From UHGV virus genome UHGV-0010228: a stretch of DNA of 64,000 nucleotides; one strand, given 5' to 3'. Both the position numbers and the translations under genes were made by a program. This document shows positions 20,245-30,262 of the stretch, in pieces (within the stretch, counting starts at the first letter, position 1; each line of letters opens with the position of its first letter). The notes under the pieces were generated by a model. That model was not told the origin of the DNA, searched no databases, and worked only from the letters and a program-made list of their open reading frames with translations. This DNA is from a virus.

Positions 20245-20411
20245 AAGAAACTTATAAGAGCAAATCCAATAATCGCAAGGCAAACAATTGCTCCTGGAAA
20301 TGACGGTGATCGAACTGCACATTTAGCCAGTTCGCCTGCAACTTCGCCTGTATTGCTAGCAACATTTACTGCGGTATCTCCCGCGTTTTTAACTATTTTA
20401 GATACACTCAT
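20226..20411 (-). CDS. small membrane protein (61 aa)
   Basis: AGGAAG RBS; C-terminal TM helix. Confidence 0.45.
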   Translation of the reverse strand: MSVSKIVKNAGDTAVNVASNTGEVAGELAKCAVRSPSFPGAIVCLAIIGFALISFLCIAIK

Positions 20412-20413
20412 AT

Positions 20414-20644
20414 TTATAACTTCCTTACACTTTCTATCTGAGCCATAACTTCAGGCCCAAATAATATATCTATAGATATATTGATTAACTGAAGAATGAT
20501 ATTTCCTAATGCGCACGACACCTTATAGATACATATACCGAATCCGGTAATGATACCCATTCTTGGTAAATATGTTATCAAATATGCAAAGATAAATAAT
20601 ATTCGCTTACCAATATTGGTAAAGAAATTTTTACACATTTCCAT
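20414..20644 (-). CDS. small membrane protein (76 aa)
   Basis: AAAGGAGAA RBS; two hydrophobic segments. Confidence 0.5.
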   Translation of the reverse strand: MEMCKNFFTNIGKRILFIFAYLITYLPRMGIITGFGICIYKVSCALGNIILQLINISIDILFGPEVMAQIESVRKL

Positions 20645-20662
20645 GTATTTTCTCCTTTCTGA

Positions 20663-21079
20663 TTAGAGACAGAATGCAGCACCTGTTGTGGTATTTTCTT
20701 CTTCCTCATCATCTATATTTATACAGATATCTTCCTCAAATATCTCAATCGTTTCATCTTCATCGTTCTTTTTCTTATTTGTCTTTATAGAATCAGATAT
20801 ATATGAATAGCAAGTGCCAAATACAGATCCTATAATTCTGAGCAAGAATGAAATTGATAATAATGGTAATGAAACTATCTTCGTTGCAACCGTAGCAGCT
20901 TTCTGACCAACAGACTGTTTAGATTTAGGTGTTGATGCGGCTTTCTGCATAACCTTAGTTTTCTTAATAATATTTACAGGAGCCTCTACAATATTAGCTA
21001 CAGTATTTACAACTGCTTCTGCAATAGCACATATTGATGATACTATCGCTTTACCTATATTCAGAATAGACTTTAACAT
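20663..21079 (-). CDS. membrane protein with acidic C-terminus (138 aa)
   Basis: GGAAAGGAGGTGA RBS; conserved upstream element 21153-21181. Confidence 0.6.
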   Translation of the reverse strand: MLKSILNIGKAIVSSICAIAEAVVNTVANIVEAPVNIIKKTKVMQKAASTPKSKQSVGQKAATVATKIVSLPLLSISFLLRIIGSVFGTCYSYISDSIKTNKKKNDEDETIEIFEEDICINIDDEEEENTTTGAAFCL

Positions 21080-21152
21080 AATTCACCTCCTTTCCGGTTG
21101 AGGGGATATAACGATTGATTTATTGATTTAGAAGGGAATCATAACCCTTCTC

Positions 21153-21181
21153 TCGTGTTACATTGCATTATAATAATATAT
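21153..21181 (-). promoter_or_regulatory. conserved ~29-bp element upstream of membrane-protein gene (candidate early/middle promoter, minus orientation)
   Basis: tcgtgttacattgcattataataatatat; near-identical copy at 21770-21798; contains TATAAT-like and TTGCAT-like hexamers on minus strand ~60 nt before start codon. Confidence 0.45.
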
Positions 21182-21247
21182 TTTCATAAAATTTATAAAA
21201 AATAAAGATATTGCTAAAATTAAGCAATATCTTTATTATATGTACAA

Positions 21248-21499
21248 TTATTTAGAATCATCTTTAGACGCATCTTCTTCAACTTCAGTCTCTTTGGCGA
21301 AATCGTCGAATACATTTTTTGAATCATCCCAGTCGTCGTAGAAAAGATACATTAGAGGTATCATTGCACCAGTAATACAGAGCTTATTTGTCGAAGGCTT
21401 TTTATTCTGGAATATTAGTGTTAGGACGACAAATAGAACGGCCAATACAAGACATCCAATTTTCTGTCCAGTTGGATTATCTATTACAGATTTTTGCAA
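21248..21499 (-). CDS. small membrane protein (83 aa)
   Basis: TM helix; minus-strand hairpin terminator 21204-21234 downstream. Confidence 0.45.
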   Translation of the reverse strand: MQKSVIDNPTGQKIGCLVLAVLFVVLTLIFQNKKPSTNKLCITGAMIPLMYLFYDDWDDSKNVFDDFAKETEVEEDASKDDSK

Positions 21500-21524
21500 T
21501 TTTAGTGTCTATCATGATTAAATC

Positions 21525-21707
21525 TCACTTTCGTTTAAAACTGCAAATATTTGCTGATTTGGTTATTACTGATTTTATAACACCGATTATAGTACGAACA
21601 GCAAACTTTGCTTCAATAATAATTGTAAATGCAGCACCTATTCCCATGATTGTGTATATTATTATCATTATAAATTCGCCTAAGCTACCCTGAGTATTAT
21701 TTTTCAT
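21525..21707 (-). CDS. small membrane protein (60 aa)
   Basis: GAAAGGAGGAAA RBS before internal ATG of longer track ORF; single TM helix. Confidence 0.5.
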   Translation of the reverse strand: MKNNTQGSLGEFIMIIIYTIMGIGAAFTIIIEAKFAVRTIIGVIKSVITKSANICSFKRK

Positions 21708-21769
21708 TACAATTTTCCTCCTTTCTTTTTTAACTAAATTAAGATATTTTTTTAACATGAGCATGAGTT

Positions 21770-21798
21770 TCGTGTTGCATTGCACTATAATAATATAT
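21770..21798 (-). promoter_or_regulatory. second copy of conserved promoter-like element
   Basis: tcgtgttgcattgcactataataatatat, ~60 nt upstream of gene 21525-21707. Confidence 0.45.
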
Positions 21799-21880
21799 CA
21801 TTATTTTTTGTCAATTTTTATAGTCATATAAATAAGGGTATCAACAAAATCTTAATCTTAATAAGGAAGGAAGTGATAAA

Positions 21881-23752
21881 ATGAATGGTGTTATCACAAT
21901 GGCTTCCTCTTCGGCTAGTAGTTTATTTGGTAATGTAGGGTGTGGAATTAGAGAATTAATATTGTCTAAATTTCCACCAAATTATTTCAAATATACTAAT
22001 GTATCTACTGAATTAGCATTTAGAAATTTTAGTAGAGTCTTAGGGAGAAATTCATTAAACGAAATTCGTAAAAGAGTAAAGCCTTATATTGTAATACAAC
22101 CAGTATATCAAGTTCCTGAACAAGATTCTTTTCTACAGGGAATAAATCTTACTAAAAATATCGATGATTTAGAATATGGTATTAGTGGTAAAGAATTATT
22201 TACTGTACTTAAAGATGATAAATATGATTATAATTTAAAATTCAAATTAAATCGTGATAAAATAGAGTATGAAGTAAGAATAGCTGTTGAATCATTGCAT
22301 CAACAGTTAGATCTTTATAAGGCATTGCAGAATCATATTGTATGGGAGCGTAGTTATTTTCATCCTATGGCATTAGAATCCGTGATACCTAAGAATGTAA
22401 TATATTATATAAGTCATTTATGTCGTATGGATGTTGATGAACACCCTGAAATGATACCAGTATTCTTAAAGCATATGAATGCTGTTAGTGCAGGATATCC
22501 TATCACATATAAGATGAGGAATGCTAGTGCTACAGATGAATATTTTATGTATTATATGCATAATGTTGTAGTTACTTTCTATGACTTTAATTTAGATAGT
22601 GTAGAGAAACGTAATATGGTAGATGATCATTACGAATTATCATTTAGGGTATCTGCAGAATTTAATTTACCAGGATTATATATCATAGATGGTAATGTTG
22701 ATCATGCATATCAGATTAAGAGTTGGATTGAAAGTAAACCAGATATAAATAGTATATCAGATGCAGATACTGATTATATACCACTATTTACATATTCTAA
22801 TTTATGGAATAGATATCCTAGAGAGAAGAATGGTATGCAGTTGTATGGTACTACTATATTTACCACTGATAATAAAAATAGTAGATATCATTATGATAAT
22901 ATTGATATTGGTTCCGTATTCGACTTGGACCATACAAGAGTTATCAATTATTATGCATCATATAATAGCCTAGATACTATTATGCAAGTATATGTACTTA
23001 AGAATCAACATGAATTAGAAAGAGGAACGGAATTCTATTTTGATTGGAGTGCTATGGATGTAGTTATTATTAATCCTGATAATAAAGCAACTTATAGACT
23101 TATAATTTACATAGATTCTGCTAGATTTAATGAAATAATAAGAGATAAAATTGAAGAAACTTATATATCTGATAAATCTAAACTTAAAGAAAATAAGATC
23201 GATTGGATGCATATGTTTGATTCATATAAAATTCCAACTTTCTTATTGGATAAGGACTGTTTTGATGATCATGATGAGTTCTACATAAAGATTGATGATG
23301 AAGAACAGTCTGTTGGTATCAGTAATGTACATGATAAAGAATTTACAAATATTGAAGAAGCCAATAATAAACCATTCGGTATGGAATCTATATTTATTCT
23401 TTCAGTATGGGAATATATCTTCGGAGTTGATAGGGCTAAATTATTATTAAAGACTCAGAAGTTTGATGAATATAGTTATGGATACTATATGTACGATGAT
23501 GATAATGAAAAATGTTATATCACTAACTTTATTACATATAATCCAGAAGAAAAATCAGACTATTATGTTCAAATAATGTTTAGTTGGAAAAATATCTTAG
23601 GCGATAATTGCTTCGAATTATATGGATCTGATATATCTGATGATAATAAATCTGAAACGTTTATGATAATAGATGGAAAGAGATATTCTATAACGAACTT
23701 TGTTGATAACTATAAGACATCTCGTCCATCAGATGATATAATTCGCATATGA
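21881..23752 (+). CDS. hypothetical protein (623 aa), first gene of rightward tail/fibre block
   Basis: AAGGAAGGAAG RBS; divergent from minus-strand block. Confidence 0.6.
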   Translation: MNGVITMASSSASSLFGNVGCGIRELILSKFPPNYFKYTNVSTELAFRNFSRVLGRNSLNEIRKRVKPYIVIQPVYQVPEQDSFLQGINLTKNIDDLEYGISGKELFTVLKDDKYDYNLKFKLNRDKIEYEVRIAVESLHQQLDLYKALQNHIVWERSYFHPMALESVIPKNVIYYISHLCRMDVDEHPEMIPVFLKHMNAVSAGYPITYKMRNASATDEYFMYYMHNVVVTFYDFNLDSVEKRNMVDDHYELSFRVSAEFNLPGLYIIDGNVDHAYQIKSWIESKPDINSISDADTDYIPLFTYSNLWNRYPREKNGMQLYGTTIFTTDNKNSRYHYDNIDIGSVFDLDHTRVINYYASYNSLDTIMQVYVLKNQHELERGTEFYFDWSAMDVVIINPDNKATYRLIIYIDSARFNEIIRDKIEETYISDKSKLKENKIDWMHMFDSYKIPTFLLDKDCFDDHDEFYIKIDDEEQSVGISNVHDKEFTNIEEANNKPFGMESIFILSVWEYIFGVDRAKLLLKTQKFDEYSYGYYMYDDDNEKCYITNFITYNPEEKSDYYVQIMFSWKNILGDNCFELYGSDISDDNKSETFMIIDGKRYSITNFVDNYKTSRPSDDIIRI

Positions 23753-23837
23753 TAATAATCAAACAAATGCATAAAGCTTAATTAATATATTTTGGTATTA
23801 ATTAATCCTTTGAGATTTTAATAAAGGAGGTTATAAT

Positions 23838-25043
23838 ATGCCACACGATATATTATATGATACAACATATATATCAAAAGATGGTGAACGGAATGGATAT
23901 CCATATCCAAATCCTAACGGATATCCACCTCCACCACCATATCCACCGTACCCGTACCCACCATATCCTGGGCAGCCTGTACCTCCTCCACCAAAGCCAC
24001 CAACAACGAGTGATATTAATAAACCGTACTATGCAACTCATGGTACGCCTACTAAAATCACTCCGATGTTTAGGACTATTAATGGAGTAGAATATCAGGT
24101 ATTACCAGAAACGGTTACAGATGCGGTATATGATCGTGATGGACTTAATCTTACAGCAATTCTTGAATCACTTGCAAGAACTGAAGATCTTAAACCATTT
24201 ACAAATCGTCTTGAGCAGCTCAAGATGGCTGTTACAATTAAAGGCATTCTTGTAAATGATGAGGTAAGTAACGCAATAGATAAGCTTTATGGTATGACAT
24301 CTATGTCCATAGGTGATTTATACTTAGTAGAATCAAGGAATTTTGGTAGTGAAGTAAGTTATGATCAGTATTTATATGTAGGAATTGAACATGGATGGAT
24401 GTATTGTGGTACATCAGTACAAGCACAGAATGTAACTGCATATATACATACACATGTAAATAAAGATGTACTTGATGCTATACCAGAATTAGTTGCTGAT
24501 AAAGAAATAGTTCCACCTGGATCTGTATTAATGACAGCTGGTGATGGAACATCATTAATGTGGGCCGACGGAGTTATAACAGAAGTAACTTTAAAAGAAC
24601 ACAATGATGATCAAAAAGCTCATCCATATTTAAGATTCTTAATAAATGAAAAAGCTGATAAAGCTATTGGATATAATGATGTGCTTAAGGTTGATAATTG
24701 GACAGAATCTGCAGATGGACAGAATTTTGTGTATGAATATATTAGCAAATATATTCCTGATAATGCATATGTTTCAATTCTTCCTATAGAAGATTCAGCG
24801 GGAAAGATTGCTGATGCTATTTCTAAAGCTGAAATTCAGTCAAGTTTTGAAATTAGTAGTCCTATATCAGGAATTACCAGAGCGGTTATTCGTGCAACAT
24901 ATAGACCTACTATAGATATTCCAATCTTTGTAAAGGTCGATCACGATTTAGTAATGCAGGATAATGAAATCCCAGATAAGTGCCAGAATTGTAAGTGCTT
25001 TGATGGGGAACATTGTTGCATGAGCACATGCATTCATTACTAA
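23838..25043 (+). CDS. protein with Pro/Tyr-rich N-terminal linker and Cys-rich C-terminus
   Basis: AAAGGAGG RBS; GYPYPNPNGYPPPPPYPPYPYPPYPGQPVPPPPKPP; CQNCKCFDGEHCCMSTC at end. Confidence 0.6.
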   Translation: MPHDILYDTTYISKDGERNGYPYPNPNGYPPPPPYPPYPYPPYPGQPVPPPPKPPTTSDINKPYYATHGTPTKITPMFRTINGVEYQVLPETVTDAVYDRDGLNLTAILESLARTEDLKPFTNRLEQLKMAVTIKGILVNDEVSNAIDKLYGMTSMSIGDLYLVESRNFGSEVSYDQYLYVGIEHGWMYCGTSVQAQNVTAYIHTHVNKDVLDAIPELVADKEIVPPGSVLMTAGDGTSLMWADGVITEVTLKEHNDDQKAHPYLRFLINEKADKAIGYNDVLKVDNWTESADGQNFVYEYISKYIPDNAYVSILPIEDSAGKIADAISKAEIQSSFEISSPISGITRAVIRATYRPTIDIPIFVKVDHDLVMQDNEIPDKCQNCKCFDGEHCCMSTCIHY

Positions 25044-25128
25044 ACATTTATATTAATAATATGAATCATTTTTTGATTCGTTTTATTCTCATATTTTATA
25101 AATAATTTATAAAAGGAGGAAATTTCAC

Positions 25129-26307
25129 ATGAGTGGAAAAGTAATTGGTTCATTTAATCTGCCAACACCGAAGCCACATACAACTAACGTAATTTCTAAG
25201 GTTAGAGGCGAAGGTCAGACTGATGCAGCTATAATTGCTGAAGTTATTGCAGATGGATCATATGTTCTTGCTGCTGGCGATATGCTCACTATTCTTGATA
25301 TGAAGGATGAGTCTATCGTTGGTGAGGTTGCATATGCCTATGATGGTACAGAATTTAAGCCATTAAATTATGCATTAGATGCATCTAAGGTATACTTTAC
25401 ATCAGACATTACATGTGCAGGTCAGTATACTGCAGTTGGTAATGTTACTAAGTCTACTACAGGTACAACTACAATTGCATCTTCAGGTAAGACAGTAATG
25501 GATGTATTCCAGACTATCTTTACTAAGAAGCTTCAGCCAACTATCACTAAGCAGCCATCAGTAACGGGTTTTGCTCTTACTGGTGCTGGTAAGGTGGAAG
25601 CTGGTACTAAGGTTGCTTCTGCAGTATTTGGTACTGCTAAGCTTGATCCAGGTGCTTATACTTATGGTCCAGCAACTGGTATTGAAGCTGCTGCATTCTC
25701 TGTAGATAGAGTTGCACTCCCTGCAGACTCTAGTGCAACAGGTGTTGTAGCTGCAGCTAGTGGTACTGATGATAATGGTGGTGCTGGTTTCATAATTGGT
25801 GACCAGGGTGGTGATGGAGTTGTTTCTTCACTCGCTTATAAGTGTACAGTAACTTACCCAGAAGGTGCAGTTGCTAACGATAACCTTGGTGGTGCATCTG
25901 ATCCAGTTGTTAAGATTGCCGCTGGTTCTAAGACTCTTACTACAACAGCTTATACACCATTCAGAAAGTATTTCTATGGTTGCAAGACTTCTCAGGTAGA
26001 TGAAGTTAATTCTGCATTTGTAAGAGGCCTCACTAACTCTACCGGTGCTGCCGCTAAGGGTACTAAGATCACAATCTCAGTTCCTGGTGGTGCAACTAGA
26101 GTTGTAATTGCTTATCCTGCTACACTCGGTGATCTCACTGCAGTTGAGGATAAGAATGCTTTTGGTACAGATATCAAGGGCTCATTCGTTAAATCTGTAG
26201 TAGCAGTTGAAGGTGCGAATGGTTATACTGCAATCGATTACAAAGTATATGTAATGGATTCAGGTATTGCTCTTGCCGCTAATACTCTTACTGCTACAAT
26301 CGGTTAA
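25129..26307 (+). CDS. virion structural protein (Gly/Thr/Ala/Val-rich beta protein)
   Basis: AAAAGGAGG RBS; local GC rise typical of highly expressed structural genes. Confidence 0.65.
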   Translation: MSGKVIGSFNLPTPKPHTTNVISKVRGEGQTDAAIIAEVIADGSYVLAAGDMLTILDMKDESIVGEVAYAYDGTEFKPLNYALDASKVYFTSDITCAGQYTAVGNVTKSTTGTTTIASSGKTVMDVFQTIFTKKLQPTITKQPSVTGFALTGAGKVEAGTKVASAVFGTAKLDPGAYTYGPATGIEAAAFSVDRVALPADSSATGVVAAASGTDDNGGAGFIIGDQGGDGVVSSLAYKCTVTYPEGAVANDNLGGASDPVVKIAAGSKTLTTTAYTPFRKYFYGCKTSQVDEVNSAFVRGLTNSTGAAAKGTKITISVPGGATRVVIAYPATLGDLTAVEDKNAFGTDIKGSFVKSVVAVEGANGYTAIDYKVYVMDSGIALAANTLTATIG

Positions 26308-26326
26308 TAGAAGGGAGGATAAATAA

Positions 26327-29300
26327 ATGGCTAATTTTGAATTTAATGGAGCAACATTAGACTGGGCGTTAGCGTTTAAGCGTACTGGTGCGTTCCCAGT
26401 TGATCTCTCTTCAATGTTCACTTCTTATGCTGATGCTGTAAAGTATGCAGCAGGAGACGGTTCTGATGCTAGAGGACTTGGAAAGACATCATATATTGGT
26501 CAGCCAATCGTAGTATCAGAAAATGATGAAGTTCATATGTATATCATTAAGAGTGATAGAACTCTTGGTGAAGTTGGTGCAGCATTCAATGGTGATAACG
26601 TTTCTCTGGTAGTTACTGACAATGAGGATGGTTCTAAGACACTTGCAGTCGCTGGTGTTAAGGATGCTACAGTTGGTCAGACTCCAGTTATTTATAATGC
26701 AGGTACTGAAGAATCACCTGTAATGGGTATTAAGTGGATAACTCCAGACACTTCTACTGTAGAAGGACTTACAACAACAGTTGGAAATCTTAAGACTACA
26801 GTTGAAGAGCATACTACTACACTTGGTACACATGGTACAGATATTGAAGATCTCAAGACAGGTAAGGCTGATAAGGCTACTACACTCGCTGGTTATGGTA
26901 TCGAAGATGCTTATACTAAGAGCGAAATTGATGGTAAGCTTACTGGTGCTCTTCATTATAAGGGTACAAAGGAAACATTTGAAGCTCTTACAACAGATAC
27001 TGAATATACGCCTACAATTGGTGATACATGGAACATTACAACAGCTGGTGGTACTGATGCTAGTGGTACTGCTATTAAGGCTGGAGATAATGTTATTTAT
27101 AATGGTACTGGTTGGGATGCTTCGTCAGGTACAACTGATCTTTCTGCATACTATACTAAGAATGAAGTAAATACTACAGTTAGTGGTATTAATGATAAGA
27201 TCACTGCTATAAATGAAAAACTCGATACTGTTTCATCAGATGCAACTAAGGCTGAAAAGTCAGATGTTAATGGTAACATCAAGATTGATGGTGTTGAAAC
27301 TAAGGTTTATACTCTTCCAACTGCAGGTGAAGATCTTGGTGGTATTAAGTCTGCTACTGGCGATAATAAGGTTGTAGTTGATACTGAATCTGGAGAAGCA
27401 AGCGTTGCTTCTATTGCGGCGTCTACAATCAATGGCCAGACTACAGCAGATAAGCTTTACATCAACGAAGCTGCTGTTGCTGTTGCTGATATATTTGAAA
27501 CAACTGGTGCTGCTAAGTCTGCTTCTAAGGTTAATAAGACTCTCAAGATTGGTGAGAAGGAATTTGATGGTTCCGCTGCAGTCGAAATTACATCTGCTGA
27601 TGTTCCATTACCTGCAGACGTTGCTAAAACAGCAGATATTACTAAGCTTCAGGAACAGATTACTGCAAATGGTACAGCTATAGAAGGCCTTAAGACTGAT
27701 AAGGCTGATGTAGCAACTACACTTGCCGGTTATGGTATTGCTGATGCTTATACTAAGTCTGAAGTTGATACTGAACTTGCTAAGAAGCTCGAAGCTGCAG
27801 CTCTCGATAATTATGTAGAATATACTGACTATGCTACTGCTGAAAAGGGTGGTACAGTTAAGTCTTCTGAAGCTAAGGATGAAATCCTTGTTAAGTCAAC
27901 TGGTATTATGAGCCTTAATACAGTATCTGCTGATAAGGTTGATGGTACAGTTGCTTCTGCTGCTGATGTAACTTCTACTATAAATGGTAAGGCAATTAGC
28001 ACTATCTTTGAAGAAGATGGTGTAACAGCTAAGGCTGCTTCTAAGCTCGCTGCTGCTAGAACTATTTCTGTTGCTGGTGCTGCTACTGGTAGTGCAACAT
28101 TTGATGGTTCAGGTGATGCTGAAATTACTGTTGCGCTTAAGGATTCTGGTGTAACTGCAGGTACTTACACAAAGGTAACTGTAGATGCTAAGGGTCTTGT
28201 AACTGAAGGTGCTGCACTTGCTGCTGCTGATATTCCTGATCTTACACTTGCTAAGATTACAGATGCTAAGGCACTTGCTGCTAAAGATAAGGTAGCTAGA
28301 ACTGATATCACTGAAGAATTTGAAGCTGAAATTGCTGCACTTGAAGGTGCTAATCATACACATGATAACAAGTCAGTTCTTGATGGTATTTCATCTGCAA
28401 AGGTAACTGCATGGGATAAGGCTGTTGAAGATGTTGCTAAGAAGGCAGATTCTGCAACAACTCTTGCTGGTTATGGTATTGAAGATGCTTATACTAAGGC
28501 TGAAGTAAATGGTATGGTTGCTGGTGCATTCCACTATAAGGGTACAAAGGAAACTCTTGCTGCTCTTACTGGTGATACTGAATATACGCCTGCAACTGGT
28601 GATACATGGAACATTACAACAGCTGGTGGTACTGATGCTAATGGTACTGCTATTAAGGCTGGAGATAATGTTTGCTATAATGGTGAAGGATGGGATGTAC
28701 TTGCTGGTACAACTGATCTTTCTGCATACTACAACAGAACTGAAGTCAATGACGCATTAGCTAAGAAGGCTGACAAGGATGCATTCGATACAGTATCTGG
28801 TAAGGTAGATACACTTGTAACTGAAGTTGAAGATGCTGAAACTGGTCTCATTAAGAAGGTTACTGATGTTGTAGCTGAGTCTGCTCAGAATAAGAAGGAC
28901 ATCACAACTATTAATGAAACTACAATTCCAGCTCTTGATACTAGAGTTAAGAGTGCAGAAGAATCACTCGCTGCACTTACAGGTGATGGTGAAGATTCTG
29001 TTGCTGCAAAGGTTAAGGCTGTTGACGATAAGGTTACAGAATTAACTACAACAGTTACTGATAATAAGACAGCATTTGATGATCATCTTACAGCTGAAAC
29101 TGCTCATAAGGCTCTCTTTGATAAGAAGGCTGATAAGCCATTCAGTGCTACAGTAACATTTACTAGAGCTGCTAATGCTACAGCTCTTACTGGAACTATG
29201 ACTAATGCTGCATTTGCTGAAGATATTGATTACATTATCAATCTTAATGCTGCTACTGCAGCTGCAGAGAATGTAATTCGTGAACTCGAATGCTCTACAG

Positions 29301-29428
29301 TTCCAACTATTACAATTAGTGCTGGTAAGGCAGAAATTTCTATCGAATGTGCTGCTAAAACTAGCGAAACTGAGTCTACTGCTGAGATTACAGTTCAGGT
29401 ATTTCCAGCAGGTACTACAGTAGCGTAA
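26327..29428 (+). CDS. tail fibre protein with triplicated ATTLAGYGIEDAYTKSE module and duplicated ~100-aa domain
   Basis: 1033-aa ORF; GAAGGGAGG RBS; intragenic repeats; strong G10/C9 hairpin terminator after stop. Confidence 0.75.
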   Translation: MANFEFNGATLDWALAFKRTGAFPVDLSSMFTSYADAVKYAAGDGSDARGLGKTSYIGQPIVVSENDEVHMYIIKSDRTLGEVGAAFNGDNVSLVVTDNEDGSKTLAVAGVKDATVGQTPVIYNAGTEESPVMGIKWITPDTSTVEGLTTTVGNLKTTVEEHTTTLGTHGTDIEDLKTGKADKATTLAGYGIEDAYTKSEIDGKLTGALHYKGTKETFEALTTDTEYTPTIGDTWNITTAGGTDASGTAIKAGDNVIYNGTGWDASSGTTDLSAYYTKNEVNTTVSGINDKITAINEKLDTVSSDATKAEKSDVNGNIKIDGVETKVYTLPTAGEDLGGIKSATGDNKVVVDTESGEASVASIAASTINGQTTADKLYINEAAVAVADIFETTGAAKSASKVNKTLKIGEKEFDGSAAVEITSADVPLPADVAKTADITKLQEQITANGTAIEGLKTDKADVATTLAGYGIADAYTKSEVDTELAKKLEAAALDNYVEYTDYATAEKGGTVKSSEAKDEILVKSTGIMSLNTVSADKVDGTVASAADVTSTINGKAISTIFEEDGVTAKAASKLAAARTISVAGAATGSATFDGSGDAEITVALKDSGVTAGTYTKVTVDAKGLVTEGAALAAADIPDLTLAKITDAKALAAKDKVARTDITEEFEAEIAALEGANHTHDNKSVLDGISSAKVTAWDKAVEDVAKKADSATTLAGYGIEDAYTKAEVNGMVAGAFHYKGTKETLAALTGDTEYTPATGDTWNITTAGGTDANGTAIKAGDNVCYNGEGWDVLAGTTDLSAYYNRTEVNDALAKKADKDAFDTVSGKVDTLVTEVEDAETGLIKKVTDVVAESAQNKKDITTINETTIPALDTRVKSAEESLAALTGDGEDSVAAKVKAVDDKVTELTTTVTDNKTAFDDHLTAETAHKALFDKKADKPFSATVTFTRAANATALTGTMTNAAFAEDIDYIINLNAATAAAENVIRELECSTVPTITISAGKAEISIECAAKTSETESTAEITVQVFPAGTTVA

Positions 29429-29465
29429 TATAAATAACCTCACTATTTAATAATTAATTTAAATA

Positions 29466-29492
29466 GGGGGGGGGGTAAAATTACCCCCCCCC
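29466..29492 (+). terminator. G10-loop-C9 homopolymer hairpin terminator
   Basis: aaata gggggggggg taaaatta ccccccccc tattt immediately after 1033-aa fibre gene. Confidence 0.8.
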
Positions 29493-29560
29493 TATTTAAT
29501 GCATATATTTAGCACTCAACTCACGCATTATTTCATCATACTTTAGGAGGGTTAGAAACC

Positions 29561-29761
29561 ATGGCAAAAACAATTCGCGGAACACTTATTGTTCCACCAA
29601 AAATAAGTGAATCCCTCAAACAAGAAATACAGGATGAAATCAAAAATGCGTCAGTTGACTATAGTCAACTGACTAATATTCCCGTTTTAAAAATTGGAGA
29701 TTACGTTTTTGATGGATCATCCAGTTTAACTATTCCAGTATATAATGGCTCAATAAAATGA
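29561..29761 (+). CDS. short protein carrying fibre N-terminal anchor motif TIRGTLIVPPK
   Basis: AGGAGGG RBS; N-terminus matches 39340 gene N-terminus MPSTIRGSLVVPPK. Confidence 0.5.
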   Translation: MAKTIRGTLIVPPKISESLKQEIQDEIKNASVDYSQLTNIPVLKIGDYVFDGSSSLTIPVYNGSIK

Positions 29762-29783
29762 TACTATATTCTGGAGGTAAATT

Positions 29784-30242
29784 ATGAATCTAATTGTAAA
29801 TGAAAAAAATAATTGGGAATTGAATGGAGTATTAAGTACGAATGAGTACAATACAACATTAACAACTGCAGGATCATTTGTTGACAGAAATATTGAACTT
29901 CATATTAGAACGCCTGAAGGAAAAGCTACAATATCGAATGTAACATTAACAGTTGATCCTGAAATAAATTACAATTCGGAAAAAGATAATTATAAAATTA
30001 CAGTTTCAAATACAGTTCAATTATCTCCAGACGTAACACCAGGTTGGATCGAACAAGGAACTAGTGGTAATGTTACGATTACTGGAGGTATAGAACTTAA
30101 TAAGAGTGCGATGACTTCTTCTTTGATAACTGATGAATCAACAAATTCTGGATATAGATATTATAGAACATCTGCATCTGCAGGATATAATGATAATAAT
30201 TTAAATTCAGATATTGAAGTATATCAAGGAGAATTTAAATAA
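29784..30242 (+). CDS. tail fibre-associated protein (152 aa)
   Basis: GGAGG RBS; shares TAGSFVDRNIELHI-type N-module with next two genes. Confidence 0.55.
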   Translation: MNLIVNEKNNWELNGVLSTNEYNTTLTTAGSFVDRNIELHIRTPEGKATISNVTLTVDPEINYNSEKDNYKITVSNTVQLSPDVTPGWIEQGTSGNVTITGGIELNKSAMTSSLITDESTNSGYRYYRTSASAGYNDNNLNSDIEVYQGEFK

Positions 30243-30262
30243 ATTGAGGGAGGAATTTGAAT

